From the sequence record OP889247.1: 64,000 nucleotides of DNA; one strand, written 5' to 3'. Position numbers and translations under genes: made by a program. Shown piece after piece: positions 28,054 to 38,117 of this stretch. Each line of letters begins with the position of its first letter. Within the stretch, counting starts at the first letter, position 1. The notes beneath the pieces were generated by a model. That model saw only the letters and a program-made list of their open reading frames with translations. It did no database searches and had not been told where the DNA came from.

Positions 28054-31000
28054 ATGTATGTTAATAAGGACAGACCTCTACCGATATTGGAAGATAAGAA
28101 AGATCCACTAGGTGGATTAATCAACTCTTTCATTAAGGTAGAACGAGAACGTGATAAGTTACAAGGTGATCCGGCTGGACAACTAAAACAGATCGCTGAT
28201 TTTAAAACTAGAATGCAAAGTAAAGTTAATACTTTTAGTAGTGATCTAAATAGTTTAATTTTAGGTCATAGTGAAGCTAAAGGTGCTTTGCACGGTGAAA
28301 CTAAAGAGACGGTTGGTTTAGGTAATAAAGATAACTTTGCTATGGGTACAATCGATGATCATATTTCTGGTCTTCGAAAGGATCTGTTCTGTAATCCAGA
28401 AGGTTTAAGTTATCTTGTTAAAGATCGTGTAACTATCGATCCCAATAGTTATCTTCCAGCCAAAGCTATCCCAATTGCTTCTGGTGGAATCTTTGGTGAA
28501 GTTCCTCAGATTACTTACCATATTAACAGAAATGATACAGAGCAGAGTTCTGCTAATCCTGTTAACTACATTGGTGAGTCTAACTGGGAGTTTTGTACAC
28601 CAGCTGGAATGTTCATTTATCCAATGATGAACAACTCTCCTATTGTGGGAGTATTTTCCGATGCTGGCAGTGAAGCCGCTAAAACAGTTCAAACACCTTG
28701 GGGTGGAACTAAAGTAAGATACTACGAGAAAGGTATTGTACCAAGACGCACCAGACCTGTCACAATGACTTCTGATAAGTTAGCTGGGCAAGGTGGTGGA
28801 GAGATGCTCAGAAGCGCTGAGGCGTTGTTTGAGCGTTCTACAGTACACTATCTGGAGGGTGGAGTACAAAAGGTAAGAGCATTAAATAGAAATCATCTAC
28901 CTTTTGATGTGTTTGATACTGAGGAAACAAATAACAAAGCTTTTGGTGGGGTGTTTGCTTCTAGAGAAAACATGTTGTATCACATTCTGGTAGACATGGA
29001 TCTTGGTGAACTGTTACCTATTGATCAACGACCGATGCTTGATTACATTGCTAACCAAGTTTGGCCTCGTTCTTCCCAGTATCCATTTGATGAAAAGAAT
29101 CGTTCTAGATTTGACTTTATTGTTAATAGGGACTTACCTCCTATTCCTGATGATCCTTATAACGGTCCGATCAGACGTTTCTTCGATAAAGCACTAAACT
29201 TCACTTATCCGAAAGATCCTGTAAAACGTCATCGTAATAAGTTCATGGAATATATTGACCGTGGCTTGAATGCGATATGGCCTGTTAGCAGAACTTCTAT
29301 CTACAGTAGAGAGGAGTTAGAACTCGTTGATATGGTAATTAACAAGTTCTGGCCTGGACCTCGTTCTGAAAGTCAAGTTGAAGGCGAGATTATCATCAAA
29401 CTAGACTTTGTTATCAGATCAATGTTGGAACGTGATTATCCGTTATCTACTAAGAGTACTGAAGGTGATGAGTTAATCTACAAAACCAATAAGAAGTTTG
29501 GTCAACAGTTCTTAGTTCCGTCTCACGGTAAGATTACTTCTAAGCTAAGAGATACTGGTACATTAGGTTTAGATATCAAACTTAAAGATATCATTGAACA
29601 CGATGTAAGTGGTTACGGTAAACTCATCAGACATATCGATAAGACACGTTGTCAATTGGTCTCTTTTGCTTGGCGTAATCGACTGGAAGGTAAGGCGACT
29701 GTTAGGTTAAGTATTGGCTGGTACACTGTTAACAAGAGTAACTATGTTCACGCTTATCTTGATTTGGATTTACATTTTGATGATAATGCAGGAACAGTTA
29801 CCTCTACCGTAAACGTTGAAACAAGTGATAGTTGGAACCGTGTTAAACAGGAGCTTAATGACAATCTGGAAGTGGTTACCGAAGGTTTGTTTAAGATGTA
29901 CTCTGGGGATGTAAAAGAACAACCTACTCACCCAGCGGTGATTGGTGGGGTGTTCGAAACCCAAGGTGGTCATATGAAGTCTTATAACTTCTATAACCGC
30001 CAGTACATTGGTTACTATCGACATGGTGTAGGTTCTACTCTTGAGTTTATTAATCAAGAGAATAACCTTATTCCAACTCCAACTGAATACAGTTACAACA
30101 TCCAGTCTGTAATTAATGGTGATATGTTCTACGGTGATCACTTACGTCATATTCCGGTTAAAGTAGATACTACTAATAAAACAGTTCTGTATCTTACTCA
30201 AACTAGGGATTGGAAGAACAACTATCGTTGGGCTTTTGTAAACGTAGAGTCAGAAACACCTGTGGTTCAACCTGATGGTTATGTTGGACCTAAACGGTTA
30301 AGTCGTAAATGGGTAGAAGATCGTAAAGCTTACGTTCCCAGTATGTTAATTGAGAATGACGAAACAAGCGCTACAATGAACATCGCTCCACTGGTATTTA
30401 ACAACTGGAACAACTTCACTGGTTACGCTAACTACACTCTTGATGAGAACTCTGATCGTCACCCAATTACTGGTGTGAATGAAGTTCAATTGAGTGTAGA
30501 AATTACTAACTGGATTAAGAACCACGTTGTAGACTGGAAGAGTAGTTATAAGCAGTACTTCTTACTGCAAGGTAATTTGTACTGGATTGTACAAACTCTT
30601 GATAGTAAAGAGATGTTATCTGATGGAACAGATTGTTACTACGGCGTAATTAAGAGCTGTAGTATTCAAACTACCCAGGAGAACATTAGAACTGTAATTG
30701 CTAATAACTCTATTGCTAGTTCCATCACAGTGAGTAAAACCAATGTCAACACCAAAGCCAGCTTAGATATTGATACTGGTTCAGTGTTTGGTTTTGATCA
30801 ATTAGCTGGACTAGATGTCTACGCTTTGAAAGTATTGGATGATGCAAGGGAAACTAAGTATGAAGTCATGCTTAACGTTGCACCATTTAACAACTTCTAC
30901 GTAGAGATGAGAATTGAGATCAATAAGCAAACTGGTGAAGTAACATTCAAACCTAAGTATGATGCTGTTGATCCTATATTCCCTTACAGTACAGCAATTG

Positions 31001-31575
31001 GTTATCAGATTGATTACGATTCATTGAACAAGTATGGAAGTAAGATTCCCCATCGTGTTCATGTTAACTATCAATCACCAGTGATGTTGAAAAAGGGCTT
31101 ATCTAGTTTTAGAAAGACGCCTAATAACTACGGGTTCTTTACTAAGTCAGATGGCTTCGTTGTGATCAATGGAAGAGTCCAAGATAAAGTTCAAGGTATT
31201 CCTTTATATCCGTTGGGTTCCGCTATTACCATTGGTGGTGAAACATTAGTTATTAAACAACCCATTGATTTGTTTAGTAGTGATTTTCCCACTAATGACG
31301 AACTGTTTGTAACTAGAGATAGTAACAACCAGTTTAAGGTATTTGGGCGTTATAACAACAAAGGGTTTAATATTGAACCTAGTTTGAATTGTGTTCCTGT
31401 TGGTTTTATTAATGATGGTAAGTTTACTTACCACGATCCTAACAGTTATCGCAATTCACTGTTCCCTGTATTTGAGAATAAACGACTCAGTATAGGTAAT
31501 GCTGGTCAATCTATTCCAGCATTCTACGGTAAACCCGGGTCTAAAACTCCTAAGAACCTTTTCTTTAAGAAATAA
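28054..31575 (+). CDS. Large tail fibre-related protein, paralog 4 (start at ATG 28054)
   Basis: HSEAKGALHGETKETVGLGNKDNF motif; SD AAGGAG 9 nt before the ATG; internal 24-aa repeat. Confidence 0.65.
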   Translation: MYVNKDRPLPILEDKKDPLGGLINSFIKVERERDKLQGDPAGQLKQIADFKTRMQSKVNTFSSDLNSLILGHSEAKGALHGETKETVGLGNKDNFAMGTIDDHISGLRKDLFCNPEGLSYLVKDRVTIDPNSYLPAKAIPIASGGIFGEVPQITYHINRNDTEQSSANPVNYIGESNWEFCTPAGMFIYPMMNNSPIVGVFSDAGSEAAKTVQTPWGGTKVRYYEKGIVPRRTRPVTMTSDKLAGQGGGEMLRSAEALFERSTVHYLEGGVQKVRALNRNHLPFDVFDTEETNNKAFGGVFASRENMLYHILVDMDLGELLPIDQRPMLDYIANQVWPRSSQYPFDEKNRSRFDFIVNRDLPPIPDDPYNGPIRRFFDKALNFTYPKDPVKRHRNKFMEYIDRGLNAIWPVSRTSIYSREELELVDMVINKFWPGPRSESQVEGEIIIKLDFVIRSMLERDYPLSTKSTEGDELIYKTNKKFGQQFLVPSHGKITSKLRDTGTLGLDIKLKDIIEHDVSGYGKLIRHIDKTRCQLVSFAWRNRLEGKATVRLSIGWYTVNKSNYVHAYLDLDLHFDDNAGTVTSTVNVETSDSWNRVKQELNDNLEVVTEGLFKMYSGDVKEQPTHPAVIGGVFETQGGHMKSYNFYNRQYIGYYRHGVGSTLEFINQENNLIPTPTEYSYNIQSVINGDMFYGDHLRHIPVKVDTTNKTVLYLTQTRDWKNNYRWAFVNVESETPVVQPDGYVGPKRLSRKWVEDRKAYVPSMLIENDETSATMNIAPLVFNNWNNFTGYANYTLDENSDRHPITGVNEVQLSVEITNWIKNHVVDWKSSYKQYFLLQGNLYWIVQTLDSKEMLSDGTDCYYGVIKSCSIQTTQENIRTVIANNSIASSITVSKTNVNTKASLDIDTGSVFGFDQLAGLDVYALKVLDDARETKYEVMLNVAPFNNFYVEMRIEINKQTGEVTFKPKYDAVDPIFPYSTAIGYQIDYDSLNKYGSKIPHRVHVNYQSPVMLKKGLSSFRKTPNNYGFFTKSDGFVVINGRVQDKVQGIPLYPLGSAITIGGETLVIKQPIDLFSSDFPTNDELFVTRDSNNQFKVFGRYNNKGFNIEPSLNCVPVGFINDGKFTYHDPNSYRNSLFPVFENKRLSIGNAGQSIPAFYGKPGSKTPKNLFFKK
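29041..29403 (+). repeat. Protein-level tandem repeat, five units with 24-aa (72-nt) period
   Basis: D-x3-N-x2-[WLY]-P begins at nt 29041, 29113, 29185, 29257 and 29329. Confidence 0.8.
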
Positions 31576-31581
31576 CTAATA

Positions 31582-31615
31582 AACTCTCTACTCCCTTAAT
31601 TGGGAGTAGAGAGTT
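31582..31615. terminator. Bidirectional terminator; identical inverted copy at 54228..54261
   Basis: AACTCTCTACTCCC-ttaatt-GGGAGTAGAGAGTT. Confidence 0.85.
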
Positions 31616-31629
31616 ACTTTTATGTTTGT

Positions 31630-32583
31630 TTAATGTGCGATACTAGTATCGTTACCGTCACCTTGGTCCCTGTGAACGTGTTTGAGCATACTGACATTAC
31701 CAGCAGAAACGTCACCACTGGATTTCATGTCTCCAGCAGAACTAATACCTGCTGTGTTGGTAAGCGTTCCTGATTGGGTCATATTCCCTTCATGGTCTAT
31801 GTCGCCCACTAGTTTAATAGTTGGAGATTTAATAGTAGCCGAAACTGTCGCTGACATATCAAATGTTTCACATGCAGCGGTAATACGTTTAGCCTTCAAA
31901 CCAATATGTTCTTTACCATGAAATAGGATTTCATCTTCACAAGAAGCTATAATCTTTTTCTTATCTATAGCAAAGGTAGATTTCTCTTGATTTGAAAACG
32001 ACCAGAAATGTTTCATAGAGTTTAGAATGAACATGTTCTGTTCACCATCTACTAAACTAAATCCACCTTCACCGGTATCTAGTGTTATAGCGTAATTTGT
32101 TGGTTCGCCGTTACCCTGACCGGTTAGTAATTGAATCTTTTTAGTGTGGGAAGAGATTAAGAAGATATAATAGTTATCTGGGGTTAGAGGAGCGTCTTCT
32201 TTTACATTAGGAGTAGCCGAGAAAGCGTATATGACTGTCTCCAGACGAAGCGTCCCGTCCATCCCAAAGTACATCCACCGAAATGTCGATTGTCCTTTAA
32301 ACTTGTAGACAACCACCTTACTACCCTTTCTGACATCTGGGGCAGTTATTCTATTAGTATTAAATGGTAACCACTTCATCATTACAGCGTTAGAACTTAA
32401 TCCAGAACTGGAGGTAGTATCTCCTGTCGGGGATTGTATTGTTACATCTTTCTTTTCTGCTTGAGCTACTACCTCTCCATCCGCCTCTGGATATAGAGAA
32501 GGAAGATATACCAATACTTCATCAGTGTCAGTAGCTTTATCCTCAGCTACAGTAGCGACACCATAACACTCTAATACATTCAT
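31630..32583 (-). CDS. Baseplate central spike (gpV/gp5-like); start probably ATG 32583
   Basis: N-terminal OB-like region, short beta-strand C-terminus and terminal HVH metal-binding motif (MLKHVHRD) typical of gpV spikes. Confidence 0.7.
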   Translation of the reverse strand: MNVLECYGVATVAEDKATDTDEVLVYLPSLYPEADGEVVAQAEKKDVTIQSPTGDTTSSSGLSSNAVMMKWLPFNTNRITAPDVRKGSKVVVYKFKGQSTFRWMYFGMDGTLRLETVIYAFSATPNVKEDAPLTPDNYYIFLISSHTKKIQLLTGQGNGEPTNYAITLDTGEGGFSLVDGEQNMFILNSMKHFWSFSNQEKSTFAIDKKKIIASCEDEILFHGKEHIGLKAKRITAACETFDMSATVSATIKSPTIKLVGDIDHEGNMTQSGTLTNTAGISSAGDMKSSGDVSAGNVSMLKHVHRDQGDGNDTSIAH

Positions 32584-32607
32584 AACGAACATCCTTAAGA
32601 GGAATCT

Positions 32608-35091
32608 ATGATAACTGGTTTGATTTTGAAAAACTATTCTCCTCTTTATAAAAAGGGAGTTAAGTATATTGAGCTTGATACCAAAGAAATCTTTAACATT
32701 ATCTTAGGTAGAAATGGCTTTGGTAAAACCTCATTACTACAAGAACTTTCTCCTCTGCCACCTGATAACGGAAGTTACGAGCAAGGCGGTTATAAGGAAG
32801 TTAGGCTAGTTAATGAAAACGGAACTTATATCCTCAAATCATCAACTGGTAAATCTAGCCATCACGAGTTTATTCACAATGGTAAGAACCTTAACGAAGG
32901 TAACACACTATTGGTGCAAAAGGAGTTGGTGAAGATTCACTTCAAGCTAACTAACAATGTCAAGAACATTTTAAGTGGATTGGATGTAAGAGATCTCTTT
33001 ACTACATTAAGTACTGCTAGACGTAAAGACTTCTTAATGTCCATCAATCCTAACGATACAAGTTATGCATTGAAAATATTTGAGAAGCTTAAGTCTAACT
33101 TAAGCACTATCAAAGGTGGACTGAAAACACAACGTCAACGTTTAGTATCTGAGGAATCAAGAGCTAAACAACTAGCTTCCCTTTCTCCAGAAGAGTTGCA
33201 AAAAGAAATTAGTTTGATGGACAATCAAATTAAGAATGCATTGTTAATTCACGGAATGTTTTCTAATGTTGAATTTGAACAATACGGAGAGTTGAAAAAC
33301 CAGATTGGTAACATTATCTCTAGACTAATGAGTAATGATGTTAGAATCAAATTCCCTAAAAGTACTTATCAAGAACAGTTGGATTTTCGTTATAAGGAAC
33401 TTGATCGTTCTGAAAAAATGAATCTGAAGTTAACTACTGTACTGGCTGAAGTTACTACCCAGTTACAAGGTTTAGATTCTTCTACTCAAAGTCTGGATGG
33501 ATATAAGTCTAGACTGGAGATGATCGAGACTAGTTTGGAGCTATTTACTCAAGAAATCGATAATGTTCAAAGTTACTTTGTTAGTCATGAGTTGTTTAAT
33601 GACAATCAACTTTATAAGAACGAAGTAGTTTATCGTTATTGTAATGAACTGATTGATCAGCTACAACAAGTTAGTCGTGCTAGGGATTTGGATATCACTA
33701 GTCAAGTGTTTGCTAAAGCTCAACAAGATTTGGTACACGCTACTAATGAGAAGAGCAATATTGATAGAGAGATAAGTTCTATCAATCACTCTATTGAACA
33801 CTTTAACAAAGCTGAATCAGTAGAATGTCCAGATTGTAATAACAAATTCAAATTAGGATTTGAGAAGTTTAACATTAAAGAACTTGAAGTTAAATGCAAT
33901 GACTTAGTAAGAGTAAAGGAGAACCTCACAGAACGCATCCAGAAGCTCTCAGATTACATTGAGGCTAACGAAGACTGGTATTCGTCTATGCAAGGGTTCC
34001 ATCGCTTCCTACGTCGATTGGAGAACTCTGAAGTAATCTATCAAATTGTTGATCATTATCAAGTTGGTAAGAAAGATCTCACTAGTTTGATTGAATTACT
34101 AAGAAGGACTATTCGTTATAATGATCTAGTTAAACAAATTGACTTGTTAGAGAAAGAACAAGTTCAAGTAAAAGCTCAAATTAACTTCTTGGAAAGTTCT
34201 GATATCAACGCATTGTTTCAACGAGCCGAAGATGTAGAACGAGAGTTGGCTATTACTCAACGTTCTATCGGTAGATTGAAAGTGGAGATTAAAGAACATC
34301 TGGAGTTAATCGATATTATTAATGGCGATGAGCAGCTAAGAGATCAGCTACACATTCTGGTAGAAGAGTTAAAAGAGAAAGTTGAGAATAATGGGAAGTA
34401 TAAAGTAAAGCAGAAAGTAGAACAACTTATCTCTGATTTAACCCCTCGTAAAGATCAACTTATCAGTAACTTAATTCGTGCAGAATCTTTGAATTCCGTT
34501 ATTCAATCTATAGCGGATAATATCAAAGAGCTAGAGAAACGAGAGAAACACACTTTACTGTTGATGGACGGACTATCACCTGTTAAAGGACTGATAGGGT
34601 ATTTGATGAATGATTTCTTGGTTGCTGTAATTGCCAATATGAACGCAGTAATTCAGCCTATTTGGAGTAATCGTTTACAGATACTGAATTGTTCAACAAG
34701 TAAGTCTGATGACGATGTTGATCTTAGCTACATCTTCCCTGCAATAACTGGTGATAACAACACGCCGATTAAAGACGTCGGTGATTGTTCAGGTGGTGAG
34801 AGGGAGATGGTTAACCTTGCGTTCCGTTGGGTTATTCTCCAGTATCTCGGTAAGAACTGTGGGATGCCGTTAATAATGGATGAGGTGGGCGTAGCTCTAG
34901 ATGAACTGCATAGAGGGAGGTTCTGCTCTTGGGTAGCCGAACAATACAGACTGGACAAAATTAATCAATCTTTCTTAGTAAGTCATTATGTTAATCAATT
35001 TGGTATGTTCACAAATGCTAACGTAATCGCGCTAAACATAGAAGGTTTGAACATCCCAGTCAAGGTAAATAGTAAAGCAATAATTAAATAA
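32608..35091 (+). CDS. sbcC: SbcC/Rad50-like SMC-family ATPase
   Basis: Walker A GRNGFGKT, long coiled coil, CPDC zinc hook, signature CSGGE, Walker B IMDEVG. Confidence 0.9.
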   Translation: MITGLILKNYSPLYKKGVKYIELDTKEIFNIILGRNGFGKTSLLQELSPLPPDNGSYEQGGYKEVRLVNENGTYILKSSTGKSSHHEFIHNGKNLNEGNTLLVQKELVKIHFKLTNNVKNILSGLDVRDLFTTLSTARRKDFLMSINPNDTSYALKIFEKLKSNLSTIKGGLKTQRQRLVSEESRAKQLASLSPEELQKEISLMDNQIKNALLIHGMFSNVEFEQYGELKNQIGNIISRLMSNDVRIKFPKSTYQEQLDFRYKELDRSEKMNLKLTTVLAEVTTQLQGLDSSTQSLDGYKSRLEMIETSLELFTQEIDNVQSYFVSHELFNDNQLYKNEVVYRYCNELIDQLQQVSRARDLDITSQVFAKAQQDLVHATNEKSNIDREISSINHSIEHFNKAESVECPDCNNKFKLGFEKFNIKELEVKCNDLVRVKENLTERIQKLSDYIEANEDWYSSMQGFHRFLRRLENSEVIYQIVDHYQVGKKDLTSLIELLRRTIRYNDLVKQIDLLEKEQVQVKAQINFLESSDINALFQRAEDVERELAITQRSIGRLKVEIKEHLELIDIINGDEQLRDQLHILVEELKEKVENNGKYKVKQKVEQLISDLTPRKDQLISNLIRAESLNSVIQSIADNIKELEKREKHTLLLMDGLSPVKGLIGYLMNDFLVAVIANMNAVIQPIWSNRLQILNCSTSKSDDDVDLSYIFPAITGDNNTPIKDVGDCSGGEREMVNLAFRWVILQYLGKNCGMPLIMDEVGVALDELHRGRFCSWVAEQYRLDKINQSFLVSHYVNQFGMFTNANVIALNIEGLNIPVKVNSKAIIK

Positions 35092-35124
35092 ATACTGCTA
35101 GTTTAATATGTTATGTAACTGTAT

Positions 35125-35153
35125 CCGGTAAATACCTCACTGGTATTTACCGG
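35125..35153 (+). terminator. Hairpin terminator
   Basis: CCGGTAAATACC-tcact-GGTATTTACCGG. Confidence 0.7.
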
Positions 35154-35177
35154 GATTTAACAGTCATTTTAACCACT

Positions 35178-35205
35178 CTATAATTTTTCAAACAGATATT
35201 ATTAT
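35178..35205 (+). promoter_or_regulatory. Promoter-like motif, variant copy
   Basis: CTATAATTTTTCAAACAGATATTATTAT resembles the 5866/46346 motif. Confidence 0.55.
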
Positions 35206-35279
35206 CATGTTACACACTAGGAGTGTTACTCTAAGTCACTGAAACAAACTGTATAACCAAACTTAAGGAAATGATCGAA

Positions 35280-36047
35280 ATGAAGACTCTAACCCTAATG
35301 CTTGTTCTGTTTCTGACGAGCATGACAGTGAACGCCTCACAGTCGACCACCACCCGTAAGTATAGCGAACACAGTAAAGCCGTTATGCTAGAGCGTTTTG
35401 ACCAGATCAAAGGTGATCTGTACCACGCATCTGTTACTGCCGGAATCTCAATGGCAGAACTTACAGCTCTTGGAAGTCTAGAATCTAAACTAAGAGTGAA
35501 AGCTAAGAACCCACACAGTACAGCAGCAGGTGTTCTCCAGTACACTAGCGGCACTTGGAAGAGTAAGAAGAAGCTCTACGGTAAAGAGCTAGGTATTAAA
35601 CCTAATGCACATCAGTATGATGTAAAAGCAAATTTACTGATTGGTGCTAAAGATATGCAAGAAACCAAGAAAACCATTATCGAGAAGACTCACTTGACCA
35701 ATGAGACTATTCGACTTGGTGATCTGTATATCTTGCACTTCGTCGGAACGGATGGTGGACTTAAACTAATTAACTCTTATTCCCATAAGCCGATTAATCA
35801 GATCATCAAACTCCATAAGGGTAATAGCCGTTACTATTACAAACCTAATGGACAAGTGCGTACAGCAAGGGAGTTCCGTCAATTCATGGACACTATTGCT
35901 CAAGCTGAACTCAAGGTTTATGAACAACGTATTGTAAAGTACCAGATGAAACAGTTCTTCCGAGATATCAAACAGGTTGTAACTGATTTCAATCCAGTAC
36001 TGGAAATCGCCAAACTGAGTCGATATCAAGATCGACCATTTGGTTAA
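35280..36047 (+). CDS. SLT-family lytic transglycosylase with N-terminal signal peptide (start ATG 35280)
   Basis: LES catalytic Glu, STAAGVLQYTSGTW motif and LYILHFVG motif as in phiKZ gp144-type enzymes; MKTLTLMLVLFLTSMTVNA signal; SD AAGGA fits 35280. Confidence 0.8.
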   Translation: MKTLTLMLVLFLTSMTVNASQSTTTRKYSEHSKAVMLERFDQIKGDLYHASVTAGISMAELTALGSLESKLRVKAKNPHSTAAGVLQYTSGTWKSKKKLYGKELGIKPNAHQYDVKANLLIGAKDMQETKKTIIEKTHLTNETIRLGDLYILHFVGTDGGLKLINSYSHKPINQIIKLHKGNSRYYYKPNGQVRTAREFRQFMDTIAQAELKVYEQRIVKYQMKQFFRDIKQVVTDFNPVLEIAKLSRYQDRPFG

Positions 36048-36115
36048 AACAATACGACGACCTTGATGTTCTGAACAAGATATAATAATTTTCATTTTCA
36101 TAAGGTATTATTGCT

Positions 36116-36376
36116 ATGTTGCAGCAACTTCATTGCGTCGTTAATAATGATTACACTCTTTCTCCCGTTCCTTCTCCTGTTAGTAATGGTGTAATTGTTT
36201 CTTTAGCAGTTAGTTCCGATCCAGTGGGTGGAACAACTGGGGTGTTGAGTTGGAATAACCAACCACAAGCATTCATCGTTTACGATCTAACTGGTACTCG
36301 TATTAATGGCTATACGCCTGTAAGTACAGACCCTGTTACCATTAGATCAATTGACAATATCATTCAGTCTTTGTAA
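36116..36376 (+). CDS. Hypothetical protein
   Basis: 86 aa, SD AAGG, followed by a hairpin. Confidence 0.55.
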   Translation: MLQQLHCVVNNDYTLSPVPSPVSNGVIVSLAVSSDPVGGTTGVLSWNNQPQAFIVYDLTGTRINGYTPVSTDPVTIRSIDNIIQSL

Positions 36377-36394
36377 TGTTAAGTGTAAAGGTTA

Positions 36395-36430
36395 AACTCT
36401 AGAGCTGACCGCTTGGTCAGCTCTAGAGTT
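36395..36430 (+). terminator. Hairpin terminator
   Basis: AACTCTAGAGCTGACC-gctt-GGTCAGCTCTAGAGTT, 16-bp stem. Confidence 0.8.
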
Positions 36431-36462
36431 ATGTTTATCCAAAGTCTAGATAAGGAATATTA

Positions 36463-37149
36463 ATGAATTATAACAAAGTACGTTCTTATTCTAAATCGTT
36501 TCTAACTACCAAAGTTGGAAATACTTCTGTTCAAGCTACTAGATTGATAACTGGTGTATTCTCTTTTGATGTTTGGTTTAATCCTGCTCAGAGCGATGTC
36601 TGTTATAATGTCGGATTTGAGTTTGAAGGTAAACCAGGTAGAGAGAAAGTTTATAACCTCTTTATGGAAACTGTCACAACTGAGTATGAAAGTTTTCCAG
36701 ATGAAATTAAAGTGGTTGTAGACGATTTTATTAAACAACTTCGAAAAGGTAGAACTAAAGGTAACCTTTTAACACTATTCCATCGCTGCATAAAAGAAGT
36801 GCTATACGACTATGAGAAGTTGGAAAACGTTAATAGCGTTAAATCATCCTTTAACTACAAAGTTAATCTAGGTGAAAAAGAAACTTTGATTCTAACCTTT
36901 GGTTTCTCTCAAGGTAAGCGTCACGTTAGCGCTAACTTTGTATTAGGTGTTCAAACGTTTGGATTTAGAGATGTATTAGGACAATGGAGTCTAGAAGGTA
37001 TTTTATCTGAGATTCGTAGACAGCTTGATTTGAGAGATATTGCTAGAAAAGAAAAGTTCTTTAATATAATTTCCACACACGTTCGTGGTAATAAGGAACA
37101 ACTGGAACATTTATTGTACAGGTTTAATAATAACTTAAATATATTCTAG
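36463..37149 (+). CDS. Hypothetical protein
   Basis: 228 aa, preceded by AAGTCTAGATAAGGA. Confidence 0.75.
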   Translation: MNYNKVRSYSKSFLTTKVGNTSVQATRLITGVFSFDVWFNPAQSDVCYNVGFEFEGKPGREKVYNLFMETVTTEYESFPDEIKVVVDDFIKQLRKGRTKGNLLTLFHRCIKEVLYDYEKLENVNSVKSSFNYKVNLGEKETLILTFGFSQGKRHVSANFVLGVQTFGFRDVLGQWSLEGILSEIRRQLDLRDIARKEKFFNIISTHVRGNKEQLEHLLYRFNNNLNIF

Positions 37150-37158
37150 GGATAAGAA

Positions 37159-37338
37159 ATGGGAACCACTGTTATATACGAAAGAGAAGAGATTGTATTA
37201 AACTTTGAAAAGTTCACTTTAGTTAAAGTAGAGACTGACAAAGGTACTTATCAATCTAGTCTACGTGGTCACGACCATAATCACGATAAATTAAAACGTA
37301 CTGCGCAAGGAATTGTTCAGTATGTAAACACACATTAA
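37159..37338 (+). CDS. Small hypothetical protein, 59 aa (not in the ORF track)
   Basis: MGTTVIYEREEIVLNFEKF...YVNTH fills the gap between neighbours. Confidence 0.55.
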   Translation: MGTTVIYEREEIVLNFEKFTLVKVETDKGTYQSSLRGHDHNHDKLKRTAQGIVQYVNTH

Positions 37339-37352
37339 AGGGGGATTTAATA

Positions 37353-38108
37353 ATGAAACATTTTGACTCCACTGTTACCCGCTTGGTTGTATTTCAAAAT
37401 AGTACTAATCAAATCGTTGCTACTATTTCCAGAAGTTCTGCAAACATTTATACCTTGTTGATGACTTTGTGCGATATAAAGAACGCTTACATCAAATCTC
37501 ACACAACTACTCACACCACTCCAATTACAATGCGTATTTTGGAAAATCATGTTAGTGAGATGATTGATAATAGTGGTGGGCTCCTAGAGGGTGACTTTGC
37601 AGCTCTTGTACAGTTCCGTGAACAGTTTAGTCGGACTAACCCAAGGAAACGTATTAGTAAACAACTGAAATTGTTTACAGCTGGTTTGATGTACCAATAC
37701 GAGAACCAGAGTTGGTATTCCAGACACAAAGGTAACACAGTAATTGAATTGGTAAAGAAAGTTTATGTTGATCTTGAACAATCTGTAGATGAACAAGACA
37801 ATAATAAGGTATTTCTAAAGTTACATAACGTGGTAGATAAACTAGGTGATTACTCTTTTGTTCTCGAGTATCGTTTACTGGTTGGTGAAGAATATGTCCC
37901 AGGACGTGTTATTCTCAAAGAGAAAATTAAAGATAATGACGATTTTGTTTCACTAATCAGAAAAGGACTGTTGGTAGCTAAACAACGTGGTAAACTATCA
38001 ATCCATGAAGTTGAAGCTTTCTATAAAGAAGTCACTTCTTTTGTAATGAATAATGAATTTGCAATAGAAGAGATCATTGATCGATTGAATGCTAGACTTC
38101 CGATTTAA
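37353..38108 (+). CDS. Hypothetical protein
   Basis: 251 aa, SD GGGG. Confidence 0.75.
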   Translation: MKHFDSTVTRLVVFQNSTNQIVATISRSSANIYTLLMTLCDIKNAYIKSHTTTHTTPITMRILENHVSEMIDNSGGLLEGDFAALVQFREQFSRTNPRKRISKQLKLFTAGLMYQYENQSWYSRHKGNTVIELVKKVYVDLEQSVDEQDNNKVFLKLHNVVDKLGDYSFVLEYRLLVGEEYVPGRVILKEKIKDNDDFVSLIRKGLLVAKQRGKLSIHEVEAFYKEVTSFVMNNEFAIEEIIDRLNARLPI

Positions 38109-38117
38109 GGAGTTAAT

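Noticed and set aside
29041-29403. 72-nt periodicity as a CRISPR-like or DNA repeat array
   Set aside because: No nucleotide-level repeat; only codons for D, N and W/Y-P recur, inside an open frame
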